DNA from: Candidatus Woesearchaeota archaeon | GTDB lineage: Archaea > Nanobdellota > Nanobdellia > Pacearchaeales > GW2011-AR1 | Assembly: GCA_964651965.1 (NCBI GenBank) | Contig: CAZYZS010000003.1 | Location: 36,625-100,624 of the forward strand | Reading direction: 5' to 3' | Length of the DNA stretch: 64,000 nt | Shown: in pieces, positions 1 through 8,216 of the stretch | Position numbering within the stretch: the stretch's first letter is position 1 | How the letters are laid out: the number at the start of each line of letters is the position of its first letter | The notes under the pieces: generated by a model | Told to the model about the DNA's origin: nothing | What the model saw: the letters and a program-made list of their open reading frames with translations, nothing else | The model's database searches: none | Made by a program: the position numbers and the translations under genes

Positions 1-170
1 CTATCAACTATAGCAACAGTCTCTCTGCTTCCTTTAATAGAGATAACATCCCCCCTATTAATTCCAAGCTGCCTCATCAAATCACTGTCAATACGGGCAA
101 TGCCCTTGTAAGCATCATCCTGCAAAGCTTCAACAACTCTTAATCTTGCTTCTTTTGCATTTTCAACCAT
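1..170 (-). CDS. CDC48/VCP-like AAA+ ATPase, N-terminal fragment (gene continues past window start)
   Basis: Reverse-strand ATG at 168-170. My translation, MVENAKEARLRVVEALQDDAYKGIARIDSDLMRQLGINRGDVISIKGSRETVAIVD, fits the archaeal CDC48/VAT N-domain pattern (L.V.EA..D.G.GIARID..M..LG...GD.I.I.G.R.T.A.V). It is truncated, so it is absent from the ORF track. Confidence 0.6.
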   Translation of the reverse strand, partial: MVENAKEARLRVVEALQDDAYKGIARIDSDLMRQLGINRGDVISIKGSRETVAIVD

Positions 171-171
171 T

Positions 172-543
172 TTATTCTTTTACCTCCTCGGGTTCTTCTT
201 CCTCCAGATTATCCCCAAAAGATAAACTCAATTTTCTGGAATCGCTAAAACACATTCTTACCATATCATCCATAATCTTTTCTTGCTCCTTAATAAAATT
301 TACTATTTCTCTTGGAATGGAAACAGCATAAGAATTTCCAATAATTCTCATTTTTACTCTGAAAGTCTTGTTTCTTAGCTGCTTAAATCGGCTATATTCG
401 GCTTCATCTGCCGGATGCATAAACCTTGCCTTGCACTCTGGACATTCCACTACTCTCAATAAAAATCCATCTTTCTCAATCTGCTTTTTCTGCATTTCTT
501 TTCTGCATTTCTTGCATAAAATCGGGTTTTCGAATATATCCAT
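172..543 (-). CDS. Zinc-ribbon plus SpoVT/AbrB-like domain protein with acidic tail
   Basis: CKKC...CPEC cysteine pairs, then RIIGNSYAVSIPREIV (swapped-hairpin AbrB/MazE-like motif), then an EEEEPEEVKE tail. Its stop codon (172-174) abuts the CDC48 start. Confidence 0.55.
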   Translation of the reverse strand: MDIFENPILCKKCRKEMQKKQIEKDGFLLRVVECPECKARFMHPADEAEYSRFKQLRNKTFRVKMRIIGNSYAVSIPREIVNFIKEQEKIMDDMVRMCFSDSRKLSLSFGDNLEEEEPEEVKE

Positions 544-594
544 TTTTCGAGCATAAACCGCCCGTAACGGGCAGTATTTATGAAAGGAGGCATT

Positions 595-620
595 TAATTG
601 AATATGTATCTATTCAATTA
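595..620. promoter_or_regulatory. Inverted repeat TAATTGAATA-N6-TATTCAATTA in a divergent intergenic region
   Basis: Perfect 10-bp arms. It lies between the divergent starts at 543 (-) and 736 (+). Confidence 0.4.
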
Positions 621-624
621 GCTA

Positions 625-644
625 CCTTCTGTGTATACAGAAGG
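625..644. promoter_or_regulatory. Inverted repeat CCTTCTGT-GTAT-ACAGAAGG
   Basis: Perfect 8-bp arms, 4 nt after the previous palindrome. Confidence 0.4.
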
Positions 645-735
645 GATATACTATTTAAACGTTTCTATAGCTTTGTACCTACTTAAAAATAACAAAAAAT
701 GAAAAGTTTAAAAAGGCCAAGTTAATTGATTAAAT

Positions 736-1683
736 ATGAATAGAAGACAATTTTTGATAGGGATATGTTCAATACCTTTAGTTGCAACACTGCCTTCTTT
801 AGGCCAAATTCAGGATAAAACAGAAAGTCCCAGCATAGAAAAAAGAGTGGATATGGATAGTTTTATTCAAGAAATCTCAAAATATGATTTAATACATTTC
901 GGAGAGGAACATTCCAGCCCAAACTCAGAAACAACAGAAACAACAACCCTAGAGGATTTCGTAGATTTTATTCTTCCAAAATTAAGAGGTGAAAAACCAG
1001 GAAACAAGCCTCACGAATTGTTAAGAACAGAATATTTGCCTTATGAAACTGAAAATGGAAAACGGTTTATTCCTCAAGCAGAACTAGATGCTCTTGATAA
1101 AACCGGAATACTAACCCCCGATTCTACTCCAACAATCTTCAGAGAGGTTTCACACTACAAAGATCCAAAAGGCTCTATTAAACTAGCTAAAGAAGCTGTA
1201 AGGAATGGTTTCAAAGTAAGAGGATTATCTATCCCCTCTGATAAAAGCGAATTGTACAAGATGGTCGCTAGAGCAGAAAGAAAAGATTTTTCACCAGAAG
1301 AGATTGAAAGAGTCTCCCTACTGATGATGGCACTCGAAACAACTAAAAATTACCTAGCAATGTTAAGATCGGACATGAATTCAGGGAGAAGAGTAGTTAT
1401 CTACGGGGGAGCATTGCATAACGATAACAGCGATTTATTACAATGCGGAATAGCTGATGAAATGCATAAGGAGTTTCCTGGAAGATACGTTTCAATAGAT
1501 CTCGTGAAGCCATCAGTTTCTAAAACAGATACGCCTTACTTTGCCCGTTATTTTGAGATTTTAAGAGCTACCGGAGTAAGTTCAGAAAATGAGCCAGATA
1601 AAATTACGATAGTAAAAATGAAAAACAGTTCATTAGCAAACTATATAGTCTTCTTACCAAAAAGACAAAACAAGAACCCTTAA
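736..1683 (+). CDS. Hypothetical exported protein (twin-arginine-like N-terminus; possible ChaN/Tiki-like fold)
   Basis: MNRRQFLIG followed by a hydrophobic stretch. The HFGEEHS and YGGALHND motifs are reminiscent of the ChaN/TraB/Tiki superfamily. The function call is weak. Confidence 0.5.
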   Translation: MNRRQFLIGICSIPLVATLPSLGQIQDKTESPSIEKRVDMDSFIQEISKYDLIHFGEEHSSPNSETTETTTLEDFVDFILPKLRGEKPGNKPHELLRTEYLPYETENGKRFIPQAELDALDKTGILTPDSTPTIFREVSHYKDPKGSIKLAKEAVRNGFKVRGLSIPSDKSELYKMVARAERKDFSPEEIERVSLLMMALETTKNYLAMLRSDMNSGRRVVIYGGALHNDNSDLLQCGIADEMHKEFPGRYVSIDLVKPSVSKTDTPYFARYFEILRATGVSSENEPDKITIVKMKNSSLANYIVFLPKRQNKNP

Positions 1684-1723
1684 AAACCCCAAAATATATA
1701 TTCTAAAATAATCTATCTATAAA

Positions 1724-2353
1724 ATGAAAGTCAAAATTGAAAAAGAAAAAACAAGCAAAAGCCAAAATCCAGTTGCCAAGTTTTGGGACTGGCTCTGGCA
1801 TTCAGATAGCTTGCTAAGCTGGGTCGTAGCCTTAGCTCTTGCTTTCATAACTGTAAAATACATTTTCTTTCCAATACTCTCGCTAATGACAGGCACTCAA
1901 CTTCCATTAGTTGTAGTGGAAAGCTCCTCGATGGAGCATCCTGGAAGTTTTGTGGGCAATGTGATAGGAGCAGAAGACAATGTAGAGTTATGGTGGGAAG
2001 AGAAAGGGAATTGGTATGAAGAAAGAGACATAGGCATTAACGAAGCTGAATCCTGGCCACTTAGAACTGGCTTCGACAAAGGGGACATTATGGTAGTATA
2101 CGGAAGATTTGAACCAAAAGTCGGAGATGTTATAATCTTCAATGCAAACACTCAGCATCCAATAATACACAGAATCATTAACATAAAAGAAGACGGGACA
2201 CTTGAAACAAAAGGAGACAACAACAACGCTCAACTACCAATAGAGAAAAATGTCCCAGAAGGTACAGTAATTGGAAAGGCAGTTTTTAGGATACCCAAAT
2301 TAGGATGGTTAAAGCTAATATTCGTTGAACTTGGAAAAGCTATAGTGGGATAA
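1724..2353 (+). CDS. Signal peptidase I, archaeal/eukaryotic type (S26B, Sec11-like)
   Basis: N-terminal TM segment, VVESSSMEHP (Ser box), GDIMVV, HRII, TKGDNN motifs. Confidence 0.75.
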   Translation: MKVKIEKEKTSKSQNPVAKFWDWLWHSDSLLSWVVALALAFITVKYIFFPILSLMTGTQLPLVVVESSSMEHPGSFVGNVIGAEDNVELWWEEKGNWYEERDIGINEAESWPLRTGFDKGDIMVVYGRFEPKVGDVIIFNANTQHPIIHRIINIKEDGTLETKGDNNNAQLPIEKNVPEGTVIGKAVFRIPKLGWLKLIFVELGKAIVG

Positions 2354-2355
2354 AA

Positions 2356-2559
2356 TTAAAGTCGCATTCTCCACATAGCATCTTCATTATTCTGTTTAAG
2401 TGAAACAAGGTATTTTATCTCGTATTCTTCCAATCCCAACTTCTGAAGCATTGAAATCTCTCTGACATCCATTGAATTCGCCAATTTTTTAATTGCCATA
2501 ATTAAAACAATAAATTTGCTTTTAAATCGCTTATCAAAAAATCCCTCTTGTTCGTTCAT
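2356..2559 (-). CDS. Hypothetical small protein
   Basis: 67-aa ORF only; no recognisable motif. Confidence 0.3.
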   Translation of the reverse strand: MNEQEGFFDKRFKSKFIVLIMAIKKLANSMDVREISMLQKLGLEEYEIKYLVSLKQNNEDAMWRMRL

Positions 2560-2663
2560 GGGATTTTAGGATGCTCAGAAATGCGAGCCTCACGAGCATT
2601 TCTGACATGAAAAAATAATCTATAGCAGAAGTAGTTATCCTAGCTATTAACCCGGGTAGAAAG

Positions 2664-2672
2664 TTTTAAAAA
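2664..2672 (+). promoter_or_regulatory. Putative TATA box for tfs
   Basis: TTTTAAAAA followed by CC. A second TTTATA lies at 2675-2680. The elements sit about 30-40 nt before ATG 2711. Confidence 0.35.
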
Positions 2673-2710
2673 CCTTTATAGACAAAAGCATAGATAACAT
2701 AGGAATAAAA

Positions 2711-3019
2711 ATGGAATTTTGTCCACGGTGCGGCTCAGTCTTGGTGGAAAAAAGAAAAAATTTTGGATGTATTAACTGTAATTACACTGCAAAAGGCAAA
2801 GTGAAGATAGAAGCCAATGAAAAGATGAAAGAAGCCACACAAGTTGGAGTCATAAAAGACAAGGACACTGATGTTTTTCCAGTAATCAACAACACCTGCC
2901 CTAAATGCGGGCATAGAGAAGCTTATTTCTGGACTGGTCAAATGCGGGCAGGCGATGAAGCTGAAACTCGCTTTTTCAAGTGCACCAAGTGCAAGCACAC
3001 TTGGAGGGAATACCATTAG
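2711..3019 (+). CDS. tfs: Transcription factor S / RNA polymerase subunit M family
   Basis: N-terminal CPRCGS...CINC zinc ribbon and C-terminal CPKCGH..FWTGQMRAGDEAETRFFKCTKCKHTW (TFIIS-type ribbon with an acidic loop). Confidence 0.85.
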   Translation: MEFCPRCGSVLVEKRKNFGCINCNYTAKGKVKIEANEKMKEATQVGVIKDKDTDVFPVINNTCPKCGHREAYFWTGQMRAGDEAETRFFKCTKCKHTWREYH

Positions 3020-3056
3020 AATATATTTTTAAACTACTTATTCTTAGCTGAATTAT

Positions 3057-3151
3057 GGACCCGTAGCTCAGCCCGGTTAGAGCACCGGACTCTTAAATTT
3101 TCAAATTTTGAAGAAATCCGGGTGTCGGGGGTTCAAATCCCCTCGGGTCCA
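3057..3151 (+). tRNA. tRNA-Lys(CUU) with 20-nt intron (about 3097-3116)
   Basis: Hand-folded: acceptor GGACCCG/CGGGTCC, D arm GCTC..GAGC, anticodon stem CCGGA/TCCGG, loop CTCTTAA, T arm GGGGG-TTCAAAT-CCCCT. A T5 run follows (3152-3156). Confidence 0.85.
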
Positions 3152-3170
3152 TTTTTGTTTATCAAATAAA

Positions 3171-3581
3171 ATGAAGATATTCATATGCTGTAGTAAATAT
3201 TTATATGGAAAAATTCCAGAGATAAAACAATTTTTAGAAAAAGCAGGTCATCAAATCATTCTGCCAAATAGTTTTGAAGAGCCATTAAAAGAAGAAGAGA
3301 TGAAAAAAATCAGCAAAGAGGAACACATTAAATGGAAAAGCACCATGATAAAATTGCAGGCCCATAAAGTTAGAGAAAGCGATGCTCTGTTAGTATTAAA
3401 TTTTGAGAAAAATGGTCAGCCCAACTATATTGGCGGAGCAACATTTTTAGAAATATTCCGTGCTTGGGAATTAAATAAGAAAATCTATCTTATGAACCCT
3501 ATTCCAGAGAATCTATTAAACGATGAGCTAACTGCCATGGACCCTATTATCTTAAATCAAGATTTAACAAAGATTAAATAA
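3171..3581 (+). CDS. Nucleoside 2-deoxyribosyltransferase-like (Rossmann-like) protein, function uncertain
   Basis: I take the start at MKIFICCS (3171) because the 3108 start overlaps tRNA-Lys. The MKIFIC.. beta-strand start and IGGATFLEIFRAWELNKKIYL resemble the NDT-like fold. Weak call. Confidence 0.35.
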   Translation: MKIFICCSKYLYGKIPEIKQFLEKAGHQIILPNSFEEPLKEEEMKKISKEEHIKWKSTMIKLQAHKVRESDALLVLNFEKNGQPNYIGGATFLEIFRAWELNKKIYLMNPIPENLLNDELTAMDPIILNQDLTKIK

Positions 3582-3600
3582 TTATCAAAATCCATAAACA

Positions 3601-4641
3601 ATGAAAATAGTGCTAATTTCTTGCGTTAGTAAAAAGCTGAATTATAAAGCCAAAGCAAAAGAACTCTACATAAGCAGCTTATTTAAGCTGAATATGAAAT
3701 ATGCCCAGTCTCTTAGTCCAGACAAAATTTTCATTTTATCTGCAAAATATGGCTTGTTAAAGTTGGATGAAGAAATTGATCCATATAATGAAACGCTCAA
3801 TGAAAAAAAAGACAGCGAGATTAAAGAGTGGGCAGGGAGGGTTTTAAACCAACTGACAAAAGAGGCAGATTTAGAAAATGATGAAATAATTTTTCTTGCA
3901 GGAGAAAAATATAGAAAATACCTTCTTCCACAAATAAAAAATTATAAAGTTCCGTTAGAAGGATTGGGGATAGGAAAGCAACTTGGACTGTTAAAAGAGA
4001 AAACAGAGAATAAATGCGAAGAAATCCACGAAATATTTAACAGCATGAAGAGGTACAGATTTCCATTTAACGAGAGAGAAATTCCAAAAAATGGCGTATA
4101 CGTCTTATTTGAAAAAGGAGAAAGCGGCCACGGAAAAGACAGGATTGTGAGGGTGGGAACTCATACTGGAAAAAATCAGCTGCCCTCAAGGCTAATGCAG
4201 CATTTTGTAAATGAAAACAAAGATAGGAGTATTTTCAGAAAAAATATAGGAAGGGCAATTTTAAGTCAAGAAAAAGATCCTTTTCTCAAATATTGGGAAA
4301 TTGACCTTACAACAAAAGAATCGAAAAACAAATTTCTAAACTTAATCGATTTAGAGAAACAGAAACAAATAGAGAAGAAAGTAACAGATTACATACAAAA
4401 GAATTTAAGTTTCGTTGTATTTATTATAGAAGACAAAGAAAAAAGGCTGGAAATAGAAAGCAAAATTATATCGACCCTGTCGTTATGCAAAGAATGCAAT
4501 CCTTCAGTAAACTGGCTTGGCTTGTTCTCTCCAAAAGAAAAAATAAGGAAGAGTGGATTATGGCAAGTTAATGAGCTTTATAAATCCAGCTTAACAAATA
4601 AAGATATAGAAGAACTAAAAAAGCTGAAAGAAAATGGATGA
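3601..4641 (+). CDS. Fusion protein: DUF6884-like N-terminal domain plus GIY-YIG-like nuclease domain
   Basis: N-terminus ISCVSKK...AKELYISSLF...ILSAKYGLL...IDPYNETL...W...FLAGEKY...PLEGLGIGKQLGLL fits my memory of DUF6884. C-terminus GVYVLFEKGE..RIVRVGTHTG..LPSRLMQHF..RSIFRKNIGRA is GIY-YIG-like. Confidence 0.45.
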   Translation: MKIVLISCVSKKLNYKAKAKELYISSLFKLNMKYAQSLSPDKIFILSAKYGLLKLDEEIDPYNETLNEKKDSEIKEWAGRVLNQLTKEADLENDEIIFLAGEKYRKYLLPQIKNYKVPLEGLGIGKQLGLLKEKTENKCEEIHEIFNSMKRYRFPFNEREIPKNGVYVLFEKGESGHGKDRIVRVGTHTGKNQLPSRLMQHFVNENKDRSIFRKNIGRAILSQEKDPFLKYWEIDLTTKESKNKFLNLIDLEKQKQIEKKVTDYIQKNLSFVVFIIEDKEKRLEIESKIISTLSLCKECNPSVNWLGLFSPKEKIRKSGLWQVNELYKSSLTNKDIEELKKLKENG

Positions 4642-5005
4642 AAAATTAGAAAGAGAACTAGAACATGCAAAGAGCAATTTAACAATTGTAGAGGGGAAAA
4701 ATGATAAAAGTGCCTTAGAAGAGCTAGGCTTCCAGAATATCTTCGTTATTCATGAGACTGGAAAATCCCTTGGGGAAAAAATCGAGCAAATCCAACAATT
4801 ATGCAGCAAAAAAGATAAAGCCTGCATTCTTACAGACTTCGACAAAAAAGGCAAGCAGATGTATCTCCTTCTTAAATCCAAGCTCTCAGAAAGCGGGGTA
4901 AAAATGGACAACACTTTAAGAGGATTTTTGCTGAAAGAAAAAATAAGCCATATCGAAGGGCTTTCAACTTACTTAGCTAATGAAAATGGAAAACACAAAA
5001 ATTGA
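4634..5005 (+). CDS. Small Toprim-domain protein (RNase M5 / primase-like family)
   Basis: IVEGKNDK (Toprim Glu) and ILTDFDKKGK (DxD) motifs. Its 5' end overlaps the upstream gene by 8 nt. Confidence 0.65.
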   Translation: MDEKLERELEHAKSNLTIVEGKNDKSALEELGFQNIFVIHETGKSLGEKIEQIQQLCSKKDKACILTDFDKKGKQMYLLLKSKLSESGVKMDNTLRGFLLKEKISHIEGLSTYLANENGKHKN

Positions 5006-5639
5006 TGAAATTATGCAAACTCTTGCAGAGCATTTCAATTATACAGAACGAACCACCTTAAATAGCATGAGAAAGGAGCCAGATGCATTCAAAATTCTAA
5101 TCGCCTGCCTTCTCTCTTTAAGAGCAAGAGATGAAAACACAGAAAAAGTAAGCAAGCAATTATTCGCCGTGGCTTCCACCCCAGAAGAAATATTAAAAAT
5201 GCCGACAAAAAGACTTGAAAAGCTCATATTTAGTTCAGGGCATTATCATAAAAAAGCCCAAACATTGAAGTATGTATCTCAAGTGCTTTTGGAAAAATAC
5301 AATGGAAAAGTTCCAGATAATAAAGAAGAACTACTAAGCATTAAAGGCATTGGGCCAAAAACTGCAAATATTGTCCTTAATTTTGCATTTGGGCAGTGCG
5401 TCCTACCAATCGATACCCATTGCCACAGAGTTCCAAACAGATTAGGATGGGTAAAGACAAAAACTCCAGAACAGACAGAAAAAGAGCTAGAAAAAATCCT
5501 TCCTAAAAAATACTGGTGCGAATTCAATGGCATTTTTGTTTTATTCGGAAGAACCATCTGCCAGCCAGTCTCTCCATTGTGCAGCCAATGCCCAATAAAC
5601 AATTTATGCCCAAAAATGGGCGTGGAAAAAAGTAGATAG
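4980..5639 (+). CDS. nth: Endonuclease III (HhH-GPD DNA glycosylase/AP lyase)
   Basis: LLSIKGIGPKTANIVL helix-hairpin-helix, a catalytic-region Asp, and the C-terminal CQPVSPLCSQCPINNLC Fe-S cluster loop. The start could instead be 5013 (MQTLAEHF). Confidence 0.85.
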   Translation: MKMENTKIDEIMQTLAEHFNYTERTTLNSMRKEPDAFKILIACLLSLRARDENTEKVSKQLFAVASTPEEILKMPTKRLEKLIFSSGHYHKKAQTLKYVSQVLLEKYNGKVPDNKEELLSIKGIGPKTANIVLNFAFGQCVLPIDTHCHRVPNRLGWVKTKTPEQTEKELEKILPKKYWCEFNGIFVLFGRTICQPVSPLCSQCPINNLCPKMGVEKSR

Positions 5640-5661
5640 AAACAAAATAAATAATTTCTAT

Positions 5662-6000
5662 CTAAATAAATCTATATCGGACAGGCCTCATTGCTAGGTA
5701 TAAAAGAATAATGTCAACAACGTAACTGGTCATACAAATTACTGCAGTTTCTTGATTAATCAATACCAAACTTGAGAAGAAAGAAAGTATCCCCATAAGA
5801 GTATAGATGTCTAAACCCCATTTTCTCCAGTTGTAAATAGCCCATATACAGATGAGGTTTACAGTAAGAAAAGGAAGGAATAACAACAAGCCCATAAAGA
5901 CAGTCACCCCTAAAGCAAATAAGTTGCCAAGAACCAAAAGTATTAACAGAATTCTTAAAAGAAGCGACCCCCTGTCTTTTTCTGTACTTTCATAATACAT
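5662..6000 (-). CDS. Hypothetical integral membrane protein
   Basis: 112 aa with about 4 hydrophobic segments. Confidence 0.5.
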   Translation of the reverse strand: MYYESTEKDRGSLLLRILLILLVLGNLFALGVTVFMGLLLFLPFLTVNLICIWAIYNWRKWGLDIYTLMGILSFFSSLVLINQETAVICMTSYVVDIILLYLAMRPVRYRFI

Positions 6001-6035
6001 TTTGTCTCCTACCCCTTATTTCATAAATTTAATTT

Positions 6036-6233
6036 TTATTCCCAATCATAAAACTCTGGCTGGGTCAGGCTCCAAACCAGATAAACCAGCGCAGAAATAA
6101 CAATAAACACAACTACAGGAATAATTATACCATAATCTAATCCAAAAAAAGTCAGAACCACAATTACCAGAGCGCAAACTGCTCCTATAATCAAAGAAAC
6201 TACCACTTTTTTTAAATCCGGCTTTAGCCTCAT
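6036..6233 (-). CDS. Hypothetical small membrane protein
   Basis: 65 aa with two hydrophobic segments. Confidence 0.45.
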   Translation of the reverse strand: MRLKPDLKKVVVSLIIGAVCALVIVVLTFFGLDYGIIIPVVVFIVISALVYLVWSLTQPEFYDWE

Positions 6234-6280
6234 AAGTATGATTAGATACTCTTATTTATAAAACTAATGCATTAAGAAGT

Positions 6281-6547
6281 TTAACCAAGAAGCCTTTTTA
6301 TAGAGTCTATATTCTCTGCAATATCTTGGCCTTTCTTAGTCAGCTTGATTAACTTTATTCTCCCCTTTTTCTCAAAGGTGACTAATCCGAGCTTCTCTAA
6401 AGTCTGAAGAATCTTAACAGCATGGCTATAGGTACAATCAACTTCTTTTGCAAGAATGCTGCCGTATCTCGCCTTGCTTAGCTTCTTCAAGGCAACCAAC
6501 ATCAAGGCTGGTTTTCTTCTAAAAAAGATATCAAAATTGTCTTTCAT
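6281..6547 (-). CDS. Winged-helix transcriptional regulator (ArsR/MarR-like)
   Basis: ILAKEVDCTYSHAVKILQTLEKLGLVTFEKKGRIKLIKLTKKG is a typical wHTH plus wing. Confidence 0.6.
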   Translation of the reverse strand: MKDNFDIFFRRKPALMLVALKKLSKARYGSILAKEVDCTYSHAVKILQTLEKLGLVTFEKKGRIKLIKLTKKGQDIAENIDSIKRLLG

Positions 6548-6753
6548 TTTTAATTTCCCTTAAGCTTTTGTTTGTATCTTATATATATTCAAAAGTATAT
6601 TAATCCACTATAGTGAATACAAACTATATATTAGAGGAATAGAATTTGTTTATAAATCTTTCTATACAAAAATTTAACCAGCTGGTAGTAAAATAATTTA
6701 CCACTTTTTTCTGATAAATAAATCAAAATTTCCTATGGAGAATTTTCTCTCAC

Positions 6754-8166
6754 TCAGATACCACTAGCTAAGAAGCTCCACCAGGGCTTATTGATGTTTA
6801 TAATTTCTCCACTTTGAGCATTTACTCGCGAAATAATTCTTGCTCTTATTCTAAACAAACCAAAAAGTCTTGCTTCTTTTTCTCCAGTAATCTCATAGAT
6901 TGCTATTTTTTGCCCATCAATTACTTCTTCTTTTAATTCTGCTTCATAATTTCCTTCTCCGATTTCTTGAGTTAATTTTTGATTTGCCTGTTCTGGCATA
7001 ATCTGCACTTCTACATCCCCTCCGGTAGACAATACGTAACTGCATCTGTATCTAATTATGCATCCAAAACCATCTTTCTCTTCCTGCAATTCACTTCCAG
7101 AAGGGCAGTTTAAGAGAGCAACCGCTTGACAGATTTGTTGTTGGGTTTGCTGTGTTTGATTTCCCGGATTTTGCTCTTGCATTGTTTCTTGATCGGGATT
7201 ATTACCTTCAGCATCACAGCTCATTGAAGTCTCTGGCTTATTACTTAAGGTTCCACAATTATTCTTATCGGTGCAAGTCCTTGTCTTTTGTCCATTTAAA
7301 CAATTGCTCCAAGAAGCGCATTCCCAATTTTCACTGCATTTTCTTTCTTTTGTATCTCTTACCTCACCACTTCCACCAATGCAAGAACTGTTTACACATC
7401 CATTTGGGCAATCAACATATTTTATCCCTGGCTTTCCGTCTGTTGTACAATAATTTTCTACAACAAAACAATCTTCTTGACCTGAGCATGAACTGATTAC
7501 ATCGCCATAACGGGTTGTGTGCCCTGCTATTTCACAATAATCATGAATCTCAGAATAATAAGGACTTCCGGAATTAGACCATGCTCCAATACTCCCCTTT
7601 ATATCACCATTAATTCCTTCATCAGAATCTACGCAGGTAACTCCTTCTTCTACACAGGCGCCAAAAACACATTTGTTACTACACTCTACTCTTTGAGAGT
7701 CTATGAATGTACTATTACAAAAATATTCATCTAATGTTAATGGGTCAAAACAATCATCGCTCGTCTTATAACCCCCATGGGAGACTTCTCCAAGAGTATA
7801 ATAATCAATTCCTTCATCACTTTCCTGGCAAGTCTGGCCACTATTTAAACAGATTCCATTAGCACAACCTATAGGACAGCTTATAATTTTTTCTGCATAA
7901 CTATCATTTTTACAATAAGTTTCAAGAATATAACATTTTTCCTTTGAACAATAATTCACTTTTGATAAATCTTCCCTATCAACTGGAAATGCAGGTACAC
8001 TCCAAGGATATTTTCCGCAAAAATCATAATCATCTCCTCCGCCTCCAGAAACAAATCCATAAACCCCCTCATTTATTCCACCATCACTATCAACACAAGC
8101 AGCATAAACTCCAGAAATTAAACTCAAAACTAACAAAATACCCAGTACCAACACTCTTTTTTTCAT
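6754..8166 (-). CDS. Secreted cysteine-rich modular surface protein with PepSY-like C-terminus
   Basis: Signal peptide MKKRVLVLGILLVLSLISGVYA. Three modules each open with C[VQ][DE]SD[GE]GI. One CSENWECASWSNCLNGQKTRTCTDKNNCGT module. A Q/N/T-rich linker. The C-terminus ..EARLFGLFRIRARI..VNAQSGEIININKPWWSFLA is PepSY-like. Confidence 0.7.
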   Translation of the reverse strand: MKKRVLVLGILLVLSLISGVYAACVDSDGGINEGVYGFVSGGGGDDYDFCGKYPWSVPAFPVDREDLSKVNYCSKEKCYILETYCKNDSYAEKIISCPIGCANGICLNSGQTCQESDEGIDYYTLGEVSHGGYKTSDDCFDPLTLDEYFCNSTFIDSQRVECSNKCVFGACVEEGVTCVDSDEGINGDIKGSIGAWSNSGSPYYSEIHDYCEIAGHTTRYGDVISSCSGQEDCFVVENYCTTDGKPGIKYVDCPNGCVNSSCIGGSGEVRDTKERKCSENWECASWSNCLNGQKTRTCTDKNNCGTLSNKPETSMSCDAEGNNPDQETMQEQNPGNQTQQTQQQICQAVALLNCPSGSELQEEKDGFGCIIRYRCSYVLSTGGDVEVQIMPEQANQKLTQEIGEGNYEAELKEEVIDGQKIAIYEITGEKEARLFGLFRIRARIISRVNAQSGEIININKPWWSFLASGI

Positions 8167-8216
8167 AGTTTATCTAGGTAAAGGAGTTTAAAAAACTATC
8201 TGCCATTTGAATCTCG

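Noticed and set aside
2575-2605. 10-bp inverted repeat TCAGAAATGC-N11-GCATTTCTGA between the 67-aa ORF and tfs
   Set aside because: The repeat is real, but it is isolated and of unclear strand or function, and the neighbouring 67-aa ORF is itself doubtful. It is not enough to call an ncRNA or operator.
3108-3170. N-terminal 21 codons of ORF 3108-3581
   Set aside because: They overlap the 3' half of tRNA-Lys (TTG start inside the intron/anticodon arm). The first ATG after the tRNA (3171) is the credible start.
6606-6615. 10-bp palindrome CACTATAGTG upstream of the wHTH regulator gene
   Set aside because: It is a short AT-rich palindrome, plausible as an operator but within chance expectation for this composition.
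7152-8168. Several plus-strand ORFs (7152-7496, 7271-7453, 7519-7734, 7944-8168)
   Set aside because: All are antisense to the 470-aa Cys-rich secreted protein and have no independent support.
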